A DNA stretch of 63,897 nucleotides, filler included, from Lenisia limosa (GCA_001655205.1; 9 parts of 9 records of this genome joined end to end with filler, not necessarily neighbours in it); one strand, 5' to 3'; counted from the whole stretch's first letter, positions 36,019 through 48,838 are shown. Notes: generated by a model from the letters alone, not told the origin. Numbers and translations are program-made.

Positions 36019-39000
36019 ATGAAGATAAACTCGATTTTTGCGCTGGTTCTGACAGTGTCCTTCTTTCTGTGAGTCTCTTCTCCACATCTCAATCTCAGCC
36101 ACCACTCGTCTGTGACTCATATTATTGATTCTTTTTGTTTCCTGACTTTTTCTTACTGTATCCGCATCTCGTTGTGTTTTTCTTTTATGTCTTTTATGTC
36201 TTTTATGGGCGAATCATCCTTTCCCAGTACCCCCCCCCTCATTCCATCATTGCTCACGATCCAGGGTCAGCAGCCAGGTGACACAGGATATCAACGGCAA
36301 AACTCTGATTGATGGAGGTGGGCTTTTGGGCAAACCAGTCTTCTCTTTTCTTTGTTATTTTCTTTGTTATTTTCTTTGTTATTTTCTTTGGGCGGCATTG
36401 GGTTTTTTGGTCCGCTTCGGTTCTTGCCTCTACCAATACATCCTCCCAAATACCTACACATATGATAAACTTCTGAGCAACATGATGGTGACACGGTTTT
36501 CCTGTAATATATCTGGAGAAGCCTCTGTCTGAGCCCCCTAAAATAATATGACATGTACCTCATAGCCCTAAATGGCTTAATATACGATGTCCAGAGCTCA
36601 GCCTTTTGTTCTTGTTACATAGCCTTACCCTTGTTCGATATCATATGTACTCATTACCCAGAGGATATTTTTGCCGAGATCCAGAAGCTTCGCGATGAGA
36701 TGAAACTTTTGGTACGCAGTGGGAGGCTTGGTGTCCAGTACTTTTGGGAGCACAAATCCCACTGTTAATATAACGAGGTGTTAACAAAAACGATGAATGG
36801 GCGATTATAATTTAGACTTTTGTACGGTTGCCAAGTAGAGTAACTTCTAAATATCCAGGGATCAAGGGTTGACTACTTCAGTGCTACAGTTTCCAGTGAA
36901 ATAGCTCTTGGATGTAGGTTTTGGGATATAAGGACACTTGGCCCACATTCGAAATAGTTGAGGGAAAGAGGAGGAAAACAGGGAAGATGCTCTGGCAGTT
37001 TTTTTGGTTATATGGCATGCTGATACCCCCAGCATCTATGACCGCTATACCAAGTGCGACATTGACTTTGAGCGTATCGGCCGATTCTGATGTCCGCATT
37101 AACGTTATGATGCTCGTCAACCGCGGCGCCGCAATGGCGGGCAATATCCAACTGGTGGGGGGATACTCTGGTAGGAGGAAGTTTACATTCTTATGCAAAA
37201 TATGTATTCATTTACCTTTCTAGACCCAAAATGGAGTCATGGTCCAAGAAATCAAAATCTCAGTAAGAGGATGCTGGACTCTACAAATGTCACTTCATTT
37301 GATTTCATCAATGAGTTGCACGGACATCTTATTTTATTGACCCTTTCAGTCTACTTGGTTCTATATGAAGCCGATTTCCTTCACTCATATCGCCCACCTG
37401 TCGAGAGGAACGTATACATTTGCTGTGGGTTGTTAGCCCAATGTTTAACCTGGGCTCTTGGGCTGAATATTTAGCCCAATGGTTAACCTGCTTGGGCTGA
37501 ATATTTAGTTAACTGAATTGCTTTTCATAATTGGTGTCTTTCAAAGTAATCTGATACTGTGTCTGACAATAGCAAGTACTCCATGACTTTCCAGCTCCAT
37601 GGATCAAGCAGCAACACCCTTAACGTTAAGGAAGGGACGCAAATTACCGCCTGTGGGTTGCGGGATTGTATTGTGCAGTCAATGTTTGTCGGGCCACAGC
37701 GGAACCGTTATTAGTTTTCCATGTTCATCATGATTATGATTGGCCACTTCTCAATCACCCTGGAGCCCTTAATAACCTGGGTGCTTGGCCTATTGTCATC
37801 AAAGTATCTGTTTATCACGGTATAGCACAAAGACAAGCTTGATAATCACAGTATATTGTCAGAGTTGCTTTCAATATTAGTAAACTGCGAGTTCCATACT
37901 GCATTAATTTATTCGTTACATAAGTAGCATAATTCCATGCCACAAAAGCACAATAATTACTTTTCATGCGCAGTGGCGCTGACTTCATCACTCGGAACTG
38001 TTTCGGAGCAGTCGGCTCTGAAGACCGAAGTTGCCAACATCCCCAACGACAACTGTGGGCAATGAATGCGTGACTGACGATGACAATAATCAGCTCTGGT
38101 AGTTTTGTTTCTCAGTTTTTTTTCTCTTGTATTCAAAAGTAGTACTTACCCTTCCGCCCCATTCCAGCGCTGACGAATGTTCTTACCAAAGATTTGAGAA
38201 TCACAGAGGAGTCAGCAGTGTTCATTGACGTGGGTAGTGACAGTATTGAAAGGTGATATTCGAGTTAATTCGAAATTCATGAAGGTCATTGATGATTGAC
38301 TACTTTGCAACTAGTATCAATACTACTTGATTCTCCAGCAGTAGTTGGCATATCACTTTTTGGTTGAGCTATGCTATCATACTGGCTAAGAATAGCAAAG
38401 TGCCCGTTATATTGATAGAAATACGTTCTGACAGTTTTCAGAGCACGATTCACGTTCGAAATGACGCTGGTGAAATATTTGAGGCTGAACTTACCATAAA
38501 CGGTTAGTAAAGCATTTACTCCCCGTGTGGTTTATTTTGTATTCTGGACTGCTCAATTGAGCAAATAGCAGCCCCATTATCTGCAACAGATGTTCCGCTC
38601 ATGAAGACAATGGGCAAGATGGGGCAATATAGCACGTTCCCTGTCACGATGTCAACGGCAAAAACCCTTGTTGCTGGAACACATACAATGAAGGTCAATG
38701 TTAGAGGGTAAGCTGGGGGGCACAGTGTAATGGTTTGGGAGAGATAACGGGTGGTAGGCAAATGATATTTGGTCTCATTGTATTGATCTCTTAGTTCCTG
38801 TTTCCCTCTCAATTCTATCAATGCACTTCACCATTTCGAAAACGAAGAGAAATGCTTCTTGGTTACAGAATCATTTCTTTGTTGGGATTGAAATGATTCC
38901 CTAAATACCCTCCCCAATGCATCTGAATATGGTAAATATGAATAATACCGTTTTTATGACGCTACCTACTCCCCCTCTCGCACATTTTTCTGGCTCTTCA

Positions 39001-40150
39001 TTTAGGTTTTACTCTTTGTCACCTCGTCCCCACTTAAACTACTGACCTGGAATATGTTTTGTCGTTTTTAAACCCTCATGTGTTTAAGAATTTTTGACTG
39101 ACATTTTGGCTTTTTGTTTTTGTTTCTAAAATGCCCTTTACCCCCAGACAACACACCGGCCTGATGGTGACAAATGAACCACGCTGGATCTCATTCCTGG
39201 CCATCCCAACTGCCGCCGGCGCCTCCGCCAATGCATCCTATGTCGACTCTACCACTTCCGTCAGGTATGTACATGTATCTTTCAGGTGTTTGTTGTGGGG
39301 ATGTTTGTTCGCATGTTTCTTTTATTGTTTAACGATTTAACCTTGAGCAGCAACTGCTACACCCAGACCGATATAGAAGCTTCCAAAAAGGGAGTATTGT
39401 TTGTCTCAGGTTTTACCACCCTTGAAGCCATAAGCACGTCGGCAGAATGGGACTGGTTCAAAAATAGGGTGGGGGGGGGGTATTTCTACACTGGATGTTG
39501 CATTTCCAGTTTTGATTAAACAATACACTTTCGAATGCAACGTCATAATCGAAGGCGTCTTTCGTCACAAAATTTATGATAATGTGGTGAAACGATGATG
39601 ATACGATCTAAGAAGATGTACCATAGTCATCCCTTTCTTCACAATGACCAACCCTTTGTCACCACCCAACAGATTGACGGTGTTGATGATGCTGCCAGTG
39701 CAGTGTACTACCAGTCCAACATTGCAGGAGTCTGGCAAATGAGCTCCTCAAGGTGCGAAGACCAGGGAATTTTGGGGTCTCTTGTTTTCATTATGTGGCT
39801 CTGTCAAGTCTAAATCCTCCATCATAATATGATATATTACGTATCGTAACGTAAAATACCATGTTGATGTTGCATATAGTGTACGCACCCATAACCAATC
39901 AGAATGGAGGAGGTCGAAGCCGGAAGCCACTCGGTCCAGTTCTGCAAGGTGAACGGCGACACCCGTCAGATCACTGTCGGAAGTGACAAGGGGTGGTCGG
40001 ACTACGGTCACAGTGCCGTGTTTGTCCCGTATTATTAGGTTCGTTACTCTATGTTTAATGTATGCTCATCTGTTTCTGTTTGGGGTCGGGAAACAATTAT
40101 CTTATTATAGGATCGCCCAAAAACCAGTGACTTGCACATTGAGCAAATAA
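36019..40150 (+). CDS. Secreted protein: signal peptide, short coiled coil, about three beta-rich repeats
   Basis: MKINSIFALVLTVSFFLVSS signal peptide, then EIQKLRDEMKLL, then repeats such as ATLTLSVSADSDVRINV, LTKDLRITEESAVFID...TLVAGTHTMK and GVLFVSGF...IDG...VEAGSHSVQF. Ends PIAQKPVTCTLSK* (TAA 40148-40150). Most junctions phase correctly. Confidence 0.65.
36347..36390. repeat. 12-bp tandem repeat
   Basis: ttttctttgtta about 3.5 times. Confidence 0.85.
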
Positions 40151-40193
40151 AACGGTGCATGAAAAAAGAAACTGAAATTAGGGTACGGGAGAT

Positions 40194-42028
40194 CTAGCAA
40201 ATTTTGCCCATGTGGCAGAAGCCTGAATCGTGAGATGTCAGAAATAACAAAGGAAATATCTGACTGACGCTCTGTGATCAAGGCGATATCCCCGAAAAAG
40301 ACATCCCAAATGTCAAGTCAATAGTACCAATTTGTTTTACAGTTTTCCATCTTATAGTACTTTACCCCTGCCAACCCTTGGCAGTCAGAATGGTGAAGAC
40401 TTGGTAGATCTGGAGCGTGAAAATGGAATAAGACAGCAGATGTCATATCATGATATGCGAATGGTGGAATGGAAAATGTCCACAACAACCAGCGTGAACA
40501 CAACGACTGACCCAATCTCCCAGCTTACCCGATACCCAACAAATATCCAGCAGAATGCCCCAAATTCCAACAACCAACCTGGTCGAAGTACTTCTTAACA
40601 ACCTCCTGGCACTCAGCCTCCTTATCCTCTGCAAAGGCACACGCCTTGTTGAAGAACGCCTTCACCTGCGGGGTGAAATACTGGTATTGTTTTTCAAGAG
40701 AGATTGTTTGAGCAACATCTCCAAAAAAAAAAAATCCAACAGCTGAACCCAAAAGAGGGGGGGGGGGTTAAGATTCATCAAGNNNNNNNNNNNNNNNNNN
40801 NNNNNNNNNNNNNNNNNNNNNNNNNNNNNNNNNNNNNNNNNNNNNNNNNNNNNNNNNNNNNNNNNNNNNNNNNNNNNNNNNNNNNNNNNNNNNNNNNNNN
40901 NNNNNNNNNNNNNNNNNNNNNNNNNNNNNNNNNNNNNNNNNNNNNCGCCGGGGCTTCTAAATGGTCAGTTTCAATCGGAATGGAAGTAGGGCTTCACTTC
41001 GGTTAAAAAAAAGACTGAATTTATCGATGAATCCTCGAAAAACTATCGTTATTTTATCGGTATTTTTTGAACTGAAGTGAAGCCCTAGAAGGAAGGAACC
41101 TGAGGTACACGGGGTGACAGTGCCAATAGTAAACAGCATGAAATGCCCTTCTCACGATCATGACAGCGTCGGTGGGACAGAACTGGTATTGTTTGCAAAT
41201 GTCCTCAGCAGTTGTGTTGTGGAAGACCTTGAGGATTGTGGGGGCGTACTGGGAGAGGGAAGGGGGTAAAATGAAGAGGTGACACTACTTTTTTATTCCA
41301 AAGAAAACAAAATCCACCACCACACCAATCATCATAGTAAAGTGATAAGAAAACCTCTTCCCACCTCAGCAACAGCAGACTCGCACTGTTCTTTGACGGG
41401 ATTCATGGGGGCTGAGCAGGCTGTGTGCAGGAAGTGCAGGAGCTGTGAATGGAAAGAGGGTGAAAGAGAGTTCGAAGGTCAGCATTCATTAAAACAATCA
41501 AATGGCAATTGTGTAAGGCATTCAAACCAAGACATTAACTCAATTGTCTAACATTCGAAACACCCAACGAAAAAAACAACATCCCCGTTTTGGGATGGTG
41601 TTGTGAGTGTACGTGGCAGAAATATCCAATTCAATTCATGTCTTCGAAAACCATTCATCATCAAAAGGACAGGAATTACCTGAGCTGTGGTCTTTCCCGA
41701 GTATTCGATTAACTTTTTGTGAACTTGTGCCGTTATTCATCATCATCATCCAACAACAAGTACCACAGTACCAATATCGCCCAATTACAATCAGTTCATC
41801 AACCACCAAGAAGAGAAACATTTTATCTTCTGTCTAAAACCCCACCTGAGCGTCAGTGTAGTCTCCTTCCAGTTTGGGAACAACGCCCACAAATCCAAGG
41901 CAGAGGTCGCAGTCGTCGTTGGCGACTATGCGTGGTTAGCCGTTGTTTATACCTCAAATGAGACTTTTTATCTTACCTGAGAGGCCAAGGAGGGAGAGAA
42001 GACCCAAGAGAACGAAGAACAGCTTCAT
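40194..42028 (-). CDS. Saposin-like protein precursor (signal peptide plus two SapB domains)
   Basis: MKLFFVLLGLLSLLGLS; domain 1 DCDLC...HTACSAPMNPVKEQCESAVAE...TAEDICKQYQFC; domain 2 ...FNKACAFAEDKEAECQEVVKKYFDQIYQVF...GFCHMGKIC*. The six-Cys saposin spacing is complete in domain 1; the CxxC of domain 2 probably falls in gap 40763-40945. Confidence 0.85.
40987..41087. mobile_element. MITE-like family A
   Basis: TA-GGGCTTCACTTCGGTT...AACTGAAGTGAAGCCC-TA; in a saposin gene intron. Confidence 0.85.
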
Positions 42029-42269
42029 TTTGGAAATTTGGAAATAGATTCTTCTTATTTCTTTAAATATGGACAGTGTATGCAACAAGATAATTATATA
42101 GTATATTCGAGCCCAAACATGAAAATTTCGTTTTAGAAAATTAATTTAATAGTAATTATTCCTACGGATGACATTACAAATACAATTGTTAACCTAAAAC
42201 GAGCTGAAAATGGATTCCTCTCATGATATCTCATAAGGAAGAAGCAATATACCGGTAACAAGGGCCGAA

Positions 42270-43019
42270 ATGCGGCGAATGTCGTTTTCGAAGTTTCACC
42301 CTCCCCAAACGCCTCAGCAAACCCAGTCTCCCCAGACTTTATCAGGAATATACCGTAATGACACTAATCTGACGAGCAGCCCATTTTTTCTCCAACCAGC
42401 AAAGACCCGGTCCTCCCGATCGTACTCCTATGTTGACAGCCCCCATCGCCCTTCCCAAACGCCTTCAACACCGCTTAACACAAGCAAATGGGACGCGTCA
42501 ACCGTCAGCGGATGGTCGGAGGAGGCTGTGCACGACCTGCTGAAGCGACCTAGTGCCTTGCCACACCCTTCAAAAGGCGACCCTTGGTCATCAATACGGT
42601 AGGATTGAATTGCCGGTTTAATGTGGTATATAGAGATGGGAAATAAACTAATCTTATCCGTAGTTCTTCCTTCTTAATAGTTGTTTTGACGGTGCAGGAT
42701 TGTCTCATTTTTTCACTCACACCCTCGTTGGGGTTGGGGAAGAATTCAGTTGATTTCGAGTCAAGATTTTGCGTTGACTTTTCAGCAATTAGGTGGATGT
42801 GAGGTACCGTTTTTCAAAATTCTAAAATCACGTTTCCAGCAGTATGGGGACCTAAAATGTTGGTTCCTCTACCGGNNNNNNNNNNNNNNNNNNNNNNNNN
42901 NNNNNNNNNNNNNNNNNNNNNNNNNNNNNNNNNNNNNNNNNNNNNNNNNNTATCTCGAGAGAAACAGCATTTTTTACAGAGGAGGAGTATACACTAAAGT
43001 ATGGGGACCTAAGTTGTAA
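42270..43019 (+). CDS. Hypothetical protein with S/P/T-rich N-terminus
   Basis: 110-codon open exon (MRRMSFSKFHPPQTPQQ...WSEEAVHDLL) ending at a GTAGG donor; downstream exons uncertain. Confidence 0.4.
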
Positions 43020-43628
43020 TTTTATTAAATTTTCAACCGGTATTTCTATCGAAACAGAAGTGAAAAACCCTCACAGTGAAAAGTTGTCAGAAAAAAACCG
43101 GGCAGACCGAAAAGTACCGGATTTTTTTTGAGGATTCCGGTCGTCTTAAGGCTACCGGACTTCGTTTTTTCCCATTGTGCTCATTTCTTCGACTGAAAGG
43201 AAAGCTAGTGTGGTCGTAAAGACAATTTAAATCCATTCTGTTTATTCTGGTGTGATTAATCCATTATTGATAGGAAATTGTTGTTCCAGCTGACTGGTAT
43301 GCGTTAAAACCCAAAATATCTTACACGGACACTACTACATTTTGGCAAGGTGCTTTACACAGCAGGTTTGAAGCCGCTCCCGCGCCGGTCACTCTGCAGT
43401 TCCACNNNNNNNNNNNNNNNNNNNNNNNNNNNNNNNNNNNNNNNNNNNNTTAATTAATTAANNNNNNNNNNNNNNNNNNNNNNNNNNNNNNNNNNNNNNN
43501 NNNNNCTTATCCCCTGAGGAAGATTCCGCCCCCAACGAAACGTTTGACCAAAATAACGACAGATACACATTATTACTTCCCACGCCCAATTCAATATTAC
43601 ATGTTACTACCCCCAGATACAATACTAC

Positions 43629-43727
43629 CAGGGCTTCCCTACGGTCCCAAAAAGCCAGAATTTCTTGATAAATCCTCGATAAATATCGATAATGTACCGG
43701 TCTATTTCGGACCATTGGGAAGCCCTA
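43629..43727. mobile_element. MITE-like family A
   Basis: GGGCTTCCCTACGGTCCC...GGACCATTGGGAAGCCC-TA. Confidence 0.8.
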
Positions 43728-43863
43728 TATATTACACATCATCATCCCCCCCCCCCCNNNNNNNNNNNNNNNNNNNNNNNNNNNNNNNNNNNNNNNNNNN
43801 NNNNNNNNNNNNNNNNNNNNNNNNNNNNNNNNNNNNNNNNNNNNNNNNNNNNNNNNNNNNNNN

Positions 43864-45215
43864 CCTGAGACAGAAGGGCCGAAGCCGCTACGTCAGGAAT
43901 TTCAATCTGAGGGGGGGTAAAATTGGAAAATTTATGAAACAAAAAAACCCAAAATCAACTCTGTTGGCTGATAACACACGAGGGTTGATAACAACAAAAC
44001 AAACGTAAAAATGGAAAATTTTTCTTAAAAAAAAAGCCCCAAATCAACTAAGAGGAGAACTGTACTTCTCACCTCATCAAGCACCTCGAGAAGCTCTTCT
44101 ATGGTGCCGATGTTTTCGACACTTATGCCTTTCTGGGGAAAGGGGTAAATTGGAAAATGAATGAAACAAAAAAACAAAACAAAAAGCCCAATGCACATCA
44201 TTCCTCCCCCCTCCCCCTTTCATCTTTTATCGCTCAAAATATACAATATTACGACGTGGATCTAAAAAACATATGTATATTTGTAAAATTTATGTTGTTA
44301 GGATAAGTCTTGACCGATTTGCTATGTGATTTCCCAAGGAAAATCGGTTAAGCTTTTCCCCGGTCACTGAATGTAATACCCCACAAACTTTGGATTGAAA
44401 TGATATACCTAGGGACCCTTGTCGGCTTTTATCGCTCAAAATCGCGGCTCCTCCAGTCTGAGCCGCCATGCCTATAGGGGGAGTAAAATTAGAAAATTTA
44501 TGAAACAAATCAGCCCAAAATCAACTCTGTTTGACAACACACGAGGGTTGATAACAAACAAAGCCAAACAAAAAAGGGAAGGGGGGAGTAAACGAAAGAT
44601 ACCTGATGGATATTACCCACCTCCCATCAAACAAATAACACACAAAACATCAAGCCTCTCTCTCCATAAAACCGAATTTCAAGCCCCCTCCCCCCATCCA
44701 ACCGAATTTCAAGGCCTGAATCTCCGGAGATCCATGCTTGAGTCGAACAACCGCGATAGCTTCGGACAATTTACGGTTGGGGGCCTGGAGGGGGGGTGAA
44801 ATATATTCATATTCTATCATGCACATACAGTACGCATACTATATAGCAATGAGAAATAAAAAGAAAAATAAGGTTATATCTGTCCGAAGCCGTCCACACC
44901 ACCACGCTTATAAGAGAATATAACAATATTATCCTATCATATGATGTGTTGTTGCAAATGCACGAGTGGCGTTTCGCCATGTTATGCGAAAGATTTTATC
45001 TCTTTTGGGACTGTTGGGAAGCCCTAATAATACTTGGCATGATGGTGTGGAGGGCTTCGGCCAGATGCAGCCTTGTTTTATATTTTTCATTGCTTTGGAA
45101 CCGAATTGAAGCCCCATATGTACTATTTATAAAACTGGGTGACCGCCCTCACTGGGAAGGGCTTTTTGCTGGACGGGAGATGATCGAGGGGGATGGAGAC
45201 TTTCTGACTGTACGC
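43864..45215 (-). CDS. Hypothetical protein, internal exons
   Basis: Clean GT-AG exons APNRKLSEAIAVVRLKHGSPEIQALKF, GMAAQTGGAAILSDKSRQ, KGISVENIGTIEELLEVLDE, IEIPDVAASALLSQ. No family recognised. Confidence 0.5.
43907..44050 (-). repeat. Family D, one full and one partial copy, ending at a 3' splice site
   Basis: Minus strand ...cagccaacagagttgattttggg...gtttcataaattttccaattttaccccccctCAG, then exon IEIPDVAAS. Confidence 0.8.
44296..44370. mobile_element. MITE-like family B, left end eroded
   Basis: ggataagtcttgaccgattt...ccccggtcactg. Half copies also at about 19680, 47905, 49843 and 49970. Confidence 0.75.
44472..44575 (-). repeat. Family D intron repeat ending at a 3' splice site
   Basis: Minus strand ...aacagagttgattttgggc...gtttcataaattttctaattttactcccccTATAG, then exon GMAAQTGG. 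The next intron (44133-44190) ends the same way. Confidence 0.8.
44842..45094. mobile_element. MITE-like family C (about 250 bp, about 60-bp terminal inverted repeats)
   Basis: Left arm TATAGCAATGAGAAATAAAA...CCGAAGCCGTCCACACCA; right arm TGGTGTGGAGGGCTTCGG...TTTTCATTGCT. Confidence 0.75.
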
Positions 45216-45427
45216 CTGTGGGGGGGGGGGGNNNNNNNNNNNNNNNNNNNNNNNNNNNNNNNNNNNNNNNNNNNNNNNNNNNNNNNNNNNNNNNNNNNNN
45301 NNNNNNNNNNNNNNNNNNNNNNNNNNNNNNNNNNNNNCGAATAATCTTAAACTCCAAACAAAAAACACAAGCAATTACAAACACGGGCAAAAATATAAAA
45401 TTAAGTTCGTGTTAGTCATAGAAGTGT

Positions 45428-45545
45428 CGCATTTCGATACACTAATATAACGCATTTATGTACGCATTTCGATACACTGATATACGCATTTATGTATGCA
45501 TTTCGAGACTAATGTAACCCCTTTATGTATACATTTTGATATATA
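45428..45545. repeat. Degenerate tandem repeat of about 34 bp
   Basis: cgcatttcgatacact(a/g)atata(a)cgcatttatgta three to four times. Confidence 0.75.
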
Positions 45546-45834
45546 ATAATACATACTATAAATAAATACTAATATAACTCATTTGTGTACATGTAATACA
45601 TACATTAGACAGCATAAATACCAACATAACCCCCCTACTTTGTAGAGGGAGAGGAGGGCGGCAAGAGCAGGATCCTTGATACCCACCCTGGTACGAAGTG
45701 CTAGTCNNNNNNNNNNNNNNNNNNNNNNNNNNNNNNNNNNNNNNNNNNNNTTAATTAATTAANNNNNNNNNNNNNNNNNNNNNNNNNNNNNNNNNNNNNN
45801 NNNNNNCATACCGTCTGACGAGCGGCCTTCTTTT

Positions 45835-48247
45835 TACCGCCCTTAGTGCGTTGTTTGAAGTCTGCCATTGAGAGACGGCGCTTCAACTCGATCTGCGCTG
45901 TGAGCACATGTCCTGATGCACGGGGCTATCGGGCTAGGCATTTGACTCGTGTGGGTCAAAACCAAAAACCAGCCGAAAAATCGTATGAATGAAGCAGAAA
46001 AACTCTCCATCAAAAAGTGATACTTGAAACCTGTGCCCACATTCTCAGCCTTTATCTTGGCGATCTCGCTATTAGCCTTCTGCTTATCCTCTTCCGCAGC
46101 CGCCAGCTTCTGTTGCAATGACGTCACCGAAACTTGGAGCTTGCCTGTGGGGTCAAAGGATCTACCTCTGATGTGCCAACGAATCAGTCTAGTGCGTTCG
46201 ACTATTCACACCAAGATTATGGATGTACAATGGTGAAAACAGGATTGAATAAACGTTTATGAGGACCCCCGTGTTAGTCTGCATAATAAATATAAACAAC
46301 ATAATTATATGCTTAGAAATATGATAAAAGTGGACATCAACTCCTTTCAGTAAAATTCCTCTCTACATTACGAATGCGTATAAGGCTTTAACCCATATCC
46401 TTGTCTAACATTCCCATCCACCATCTCAAACGAATACTACCGCCCTCCCCCCCACGGATACTCGCCTTGGCAGTTCTCACGGAGCCGGGGTCAGTAACAT
46501 CATTGAGCTTCTTCTTCAGAGTCGAGAGCTCATTAGCAAGCTGGTAGTAAGGCCAAGACAACCATGATATAAAATAGTTTTAGAAGCAGAAGTGTCCCCC
46601 CCCCCCCACTCCGTCCGATCTGGCCTTCTCGTCGGCCAGCTGCTGGTTGGCGGTGGCCAGTTTCTGCTGAAGAATACGGCGGCGCGCTGACTCTGAAATA
46701 GTAAGCGAGGGAGCCGGACTGATATCCCTTGCAAAATATATGTAGAAAAAAGAAATAACACAGGGTAGTATCTAGCCGAAGCTGTCTACACCATCATGCT
46801 GAGAAGAGAAAATGCTTCTATGCTCTTACGCGAGTTTTTGATTGTCTTAGACTGCACCAAACAGCAAGTACCACGTACCATTCATATCCTGATTTGGAGA
46901 CGCTGCCATGACTGAGGCGTGGAGCGCGGCTCTGCGGCCACTGTAGGGGTCCTAAAAGGTCATTCAAGGCCCAGAATCAATATATCAAACTCAAACTCAA
47001 AGATATAAGAACCGTTTGCAAACCTCGGAAGTTGAACGAGCCGACAGTGAGCCGGTGTTAGACCCCCAGGCCGGGCGGTTGGAGGTGGATCGTGCTGACT
47101 GGGGCGGCCCGACCTGAATAGTTGGAATTAGGGCTTCCCTTCGGTCCGAAAAAGACTTATAGAATATCAACATTTATAGAGGATTTATCGAGAAATTCAG
47201 TCTTTTGTTGGGACCACAGGGGAAGCCCTCGATAGAATAAATCTCGCTATTGGGTCTCGAGCAAAGAAAGAATCTCGCTATTGGGTCTCGAGCAAAGACA
47301 GAATCTCGCTTCTTGGGTCTCGAGCAAAGAAAGAATCTCGCTATTGGGCCTCAAGCTGAGAAAGATCCCCCTTTAGTACATGTTGATCTTCACTGGCATT
47401 TCACTGAGCTCATCAAAAGAGTACCAAGCTTACTTGGTATGGGAAGGGCACGGGGGAGTAGGCGTACATGGGCGGACCCTGGAAGGTTATAAATAATAAT
47501 TGAATGATGTGCTCGTGCCAATTCAAAAAGTACACATACAGATCTGTAAATATAAGAGGAGGACAAAATCCAGCACAAAAACAAAAACGAAACCGCTTTA
47601 TCTTGATCCCTTGACAATCAAACGTAACATGTGTTTTATATTTGCCAATAAGCCTATTCCTACCTGGGGGTGCCCTGGACGGCCGGGAGTGAGAAAGGGG
47701 CTGGTAGCACCTGGAACAGTCAGGCAGTGTCTGTCAACTATTGGATAGAAAATGCACCTACAGCACACATCCTTAAAAAAAAAAAAAAAAAAAAANNNNN
47801 NNNNNNNNNNNNNNNNNNNNNNNNNNNNNNNNNNNNNNNNNNNNNNNNNNNNNNNNNNNNNNNNNNNNNNNNNNNNNTTTCTACAATGTACATATAAATA
47901 CACTAACCGGGATAAGTCTTGACCAACATTTCCAACACAAAATCCCCCAAAACGCGCCACATTTCCTCACCAACCAGGGTAGGGGTATGCTGCAGGGTGC
48001 GCCGATGCAGGATGATCGTGGGGGTGTGCGGGCCCTACGGGCTTCTTGGCTGGGGTTGAGACCTCCTCCTTGGGCTCTTCCTGAACCTTCTCGATCTCGT
48101 CTGCTTTCTCCTTCTTGTCTTCAACTTTTTCCTTTTCTTCAACCTTTTCTTCTTCCTGTTCCTCCTCCACCTCTTCTTTTTCCTCAACCTTCTTCTCTTC
48201 GTCTTCCTTCTCGTTTTCAGCAGCTTTCCTGTTTGCCTCATCAACCT
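45835..48247 (-). CDS. Low-complexity and coiled-coil protein, internal exons
   Basis: E/K-rich exon (EEEQEEEKVEEKEK...), P-rich exons, then heptad segments RILQQKLATANQQLADEK, ANELSTLKKKLND, VTSLQQKLAAAEEDKQKANSEIAKIKAEN. Confidence 0.65.
47129..47229. mobile_element. MITE-like family A
   Basis: TA-GGGCTTCCCTTCGGTCC...GGGACCACAGGGGAAGCCC; intronic. Confidence 0.8.
47240..47351. repeat. Tandem repeat of about 31 bp, about 3.6 units
   Basis: aatctcgctattgggtctcgagcaaagaaag units, directly after a family A element. Confidence 0.85.
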
Positions 48248-48838
48248 AAACCTTAAGCTACAGAGCCAAGACAGAGGAGGGGGGGGGGTGTAAAATACTA
48301 ATATATATATCATANNNNNNNNNNNNNNNNNNNNNNNNNNNNNNNNNNNNNNNNNNNNTTAATTAATTAANNNNNNNNNNNNNNNNNNNNNNNNNNNNNN
48401 NNNNNNNNNNNNNNGGACGATCCTCCTCCAGCGCAGCCAACATTAAAATGGGCCAAGCCTGGGGGTGGGGTGAGGTTTTTTGTTATTTGTGTTTCCCTTG
48501 ATTTTTAATGTAGATATTTTCTCTTGTTAAAAATGAGGATTAGTTTTGATGACAGGAGGTGGAACCAAGAAACACTGTGTTCAACTGAATAAAACTTGCA
48601 TTCTGAGAAGGAAGACTGAATGGGGGTTGTTATGGATTACCCCCCCCCCCTAGTCAATTCCNNNNNNNNNNNNNNNNNNNNNNNNNNNNNNNNNNNNNNN
48701 NNNNNNNNNNNNNNNNNNNNNNNNNNNNNNNNNNNNNNNNNNNNNNNNNNNNNNNNNNNNNNNNNNNNNNNNNNNNNNNNNNNNNNNNNNNNNNNNNNNN
48801 NNNNNNNNNNNNNNNNNNNNNNNNNNNNNNCCTTTAAT

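Noticed and set aside
36884-38821. Minus-strand ORFs read as a fibronectin-like or membrane protein
   Set aside because: Splice sites and phases fit the plus strand; these ORFs are antisense shadows of the secreted protein.
42470-43019. SAM domain (WSEEAVHDLL)
   Set aside because: Only the first motif fits and downstream exons cannot be fixed because of a gap.
47240-47351. CRISPR-like array
   Set aside because: Units are head-to-tail with no unique spacers, no cas genes, and the context is a eukaryotic intron. The same applies to 45428-45545 and 60438-60488.
48035-48313. K/R-rich protamine-like ORF
   Set aside because: It is an alternative frame of the E/K-rich exon; the acidic frame is the one that splices to neighbouring exons.
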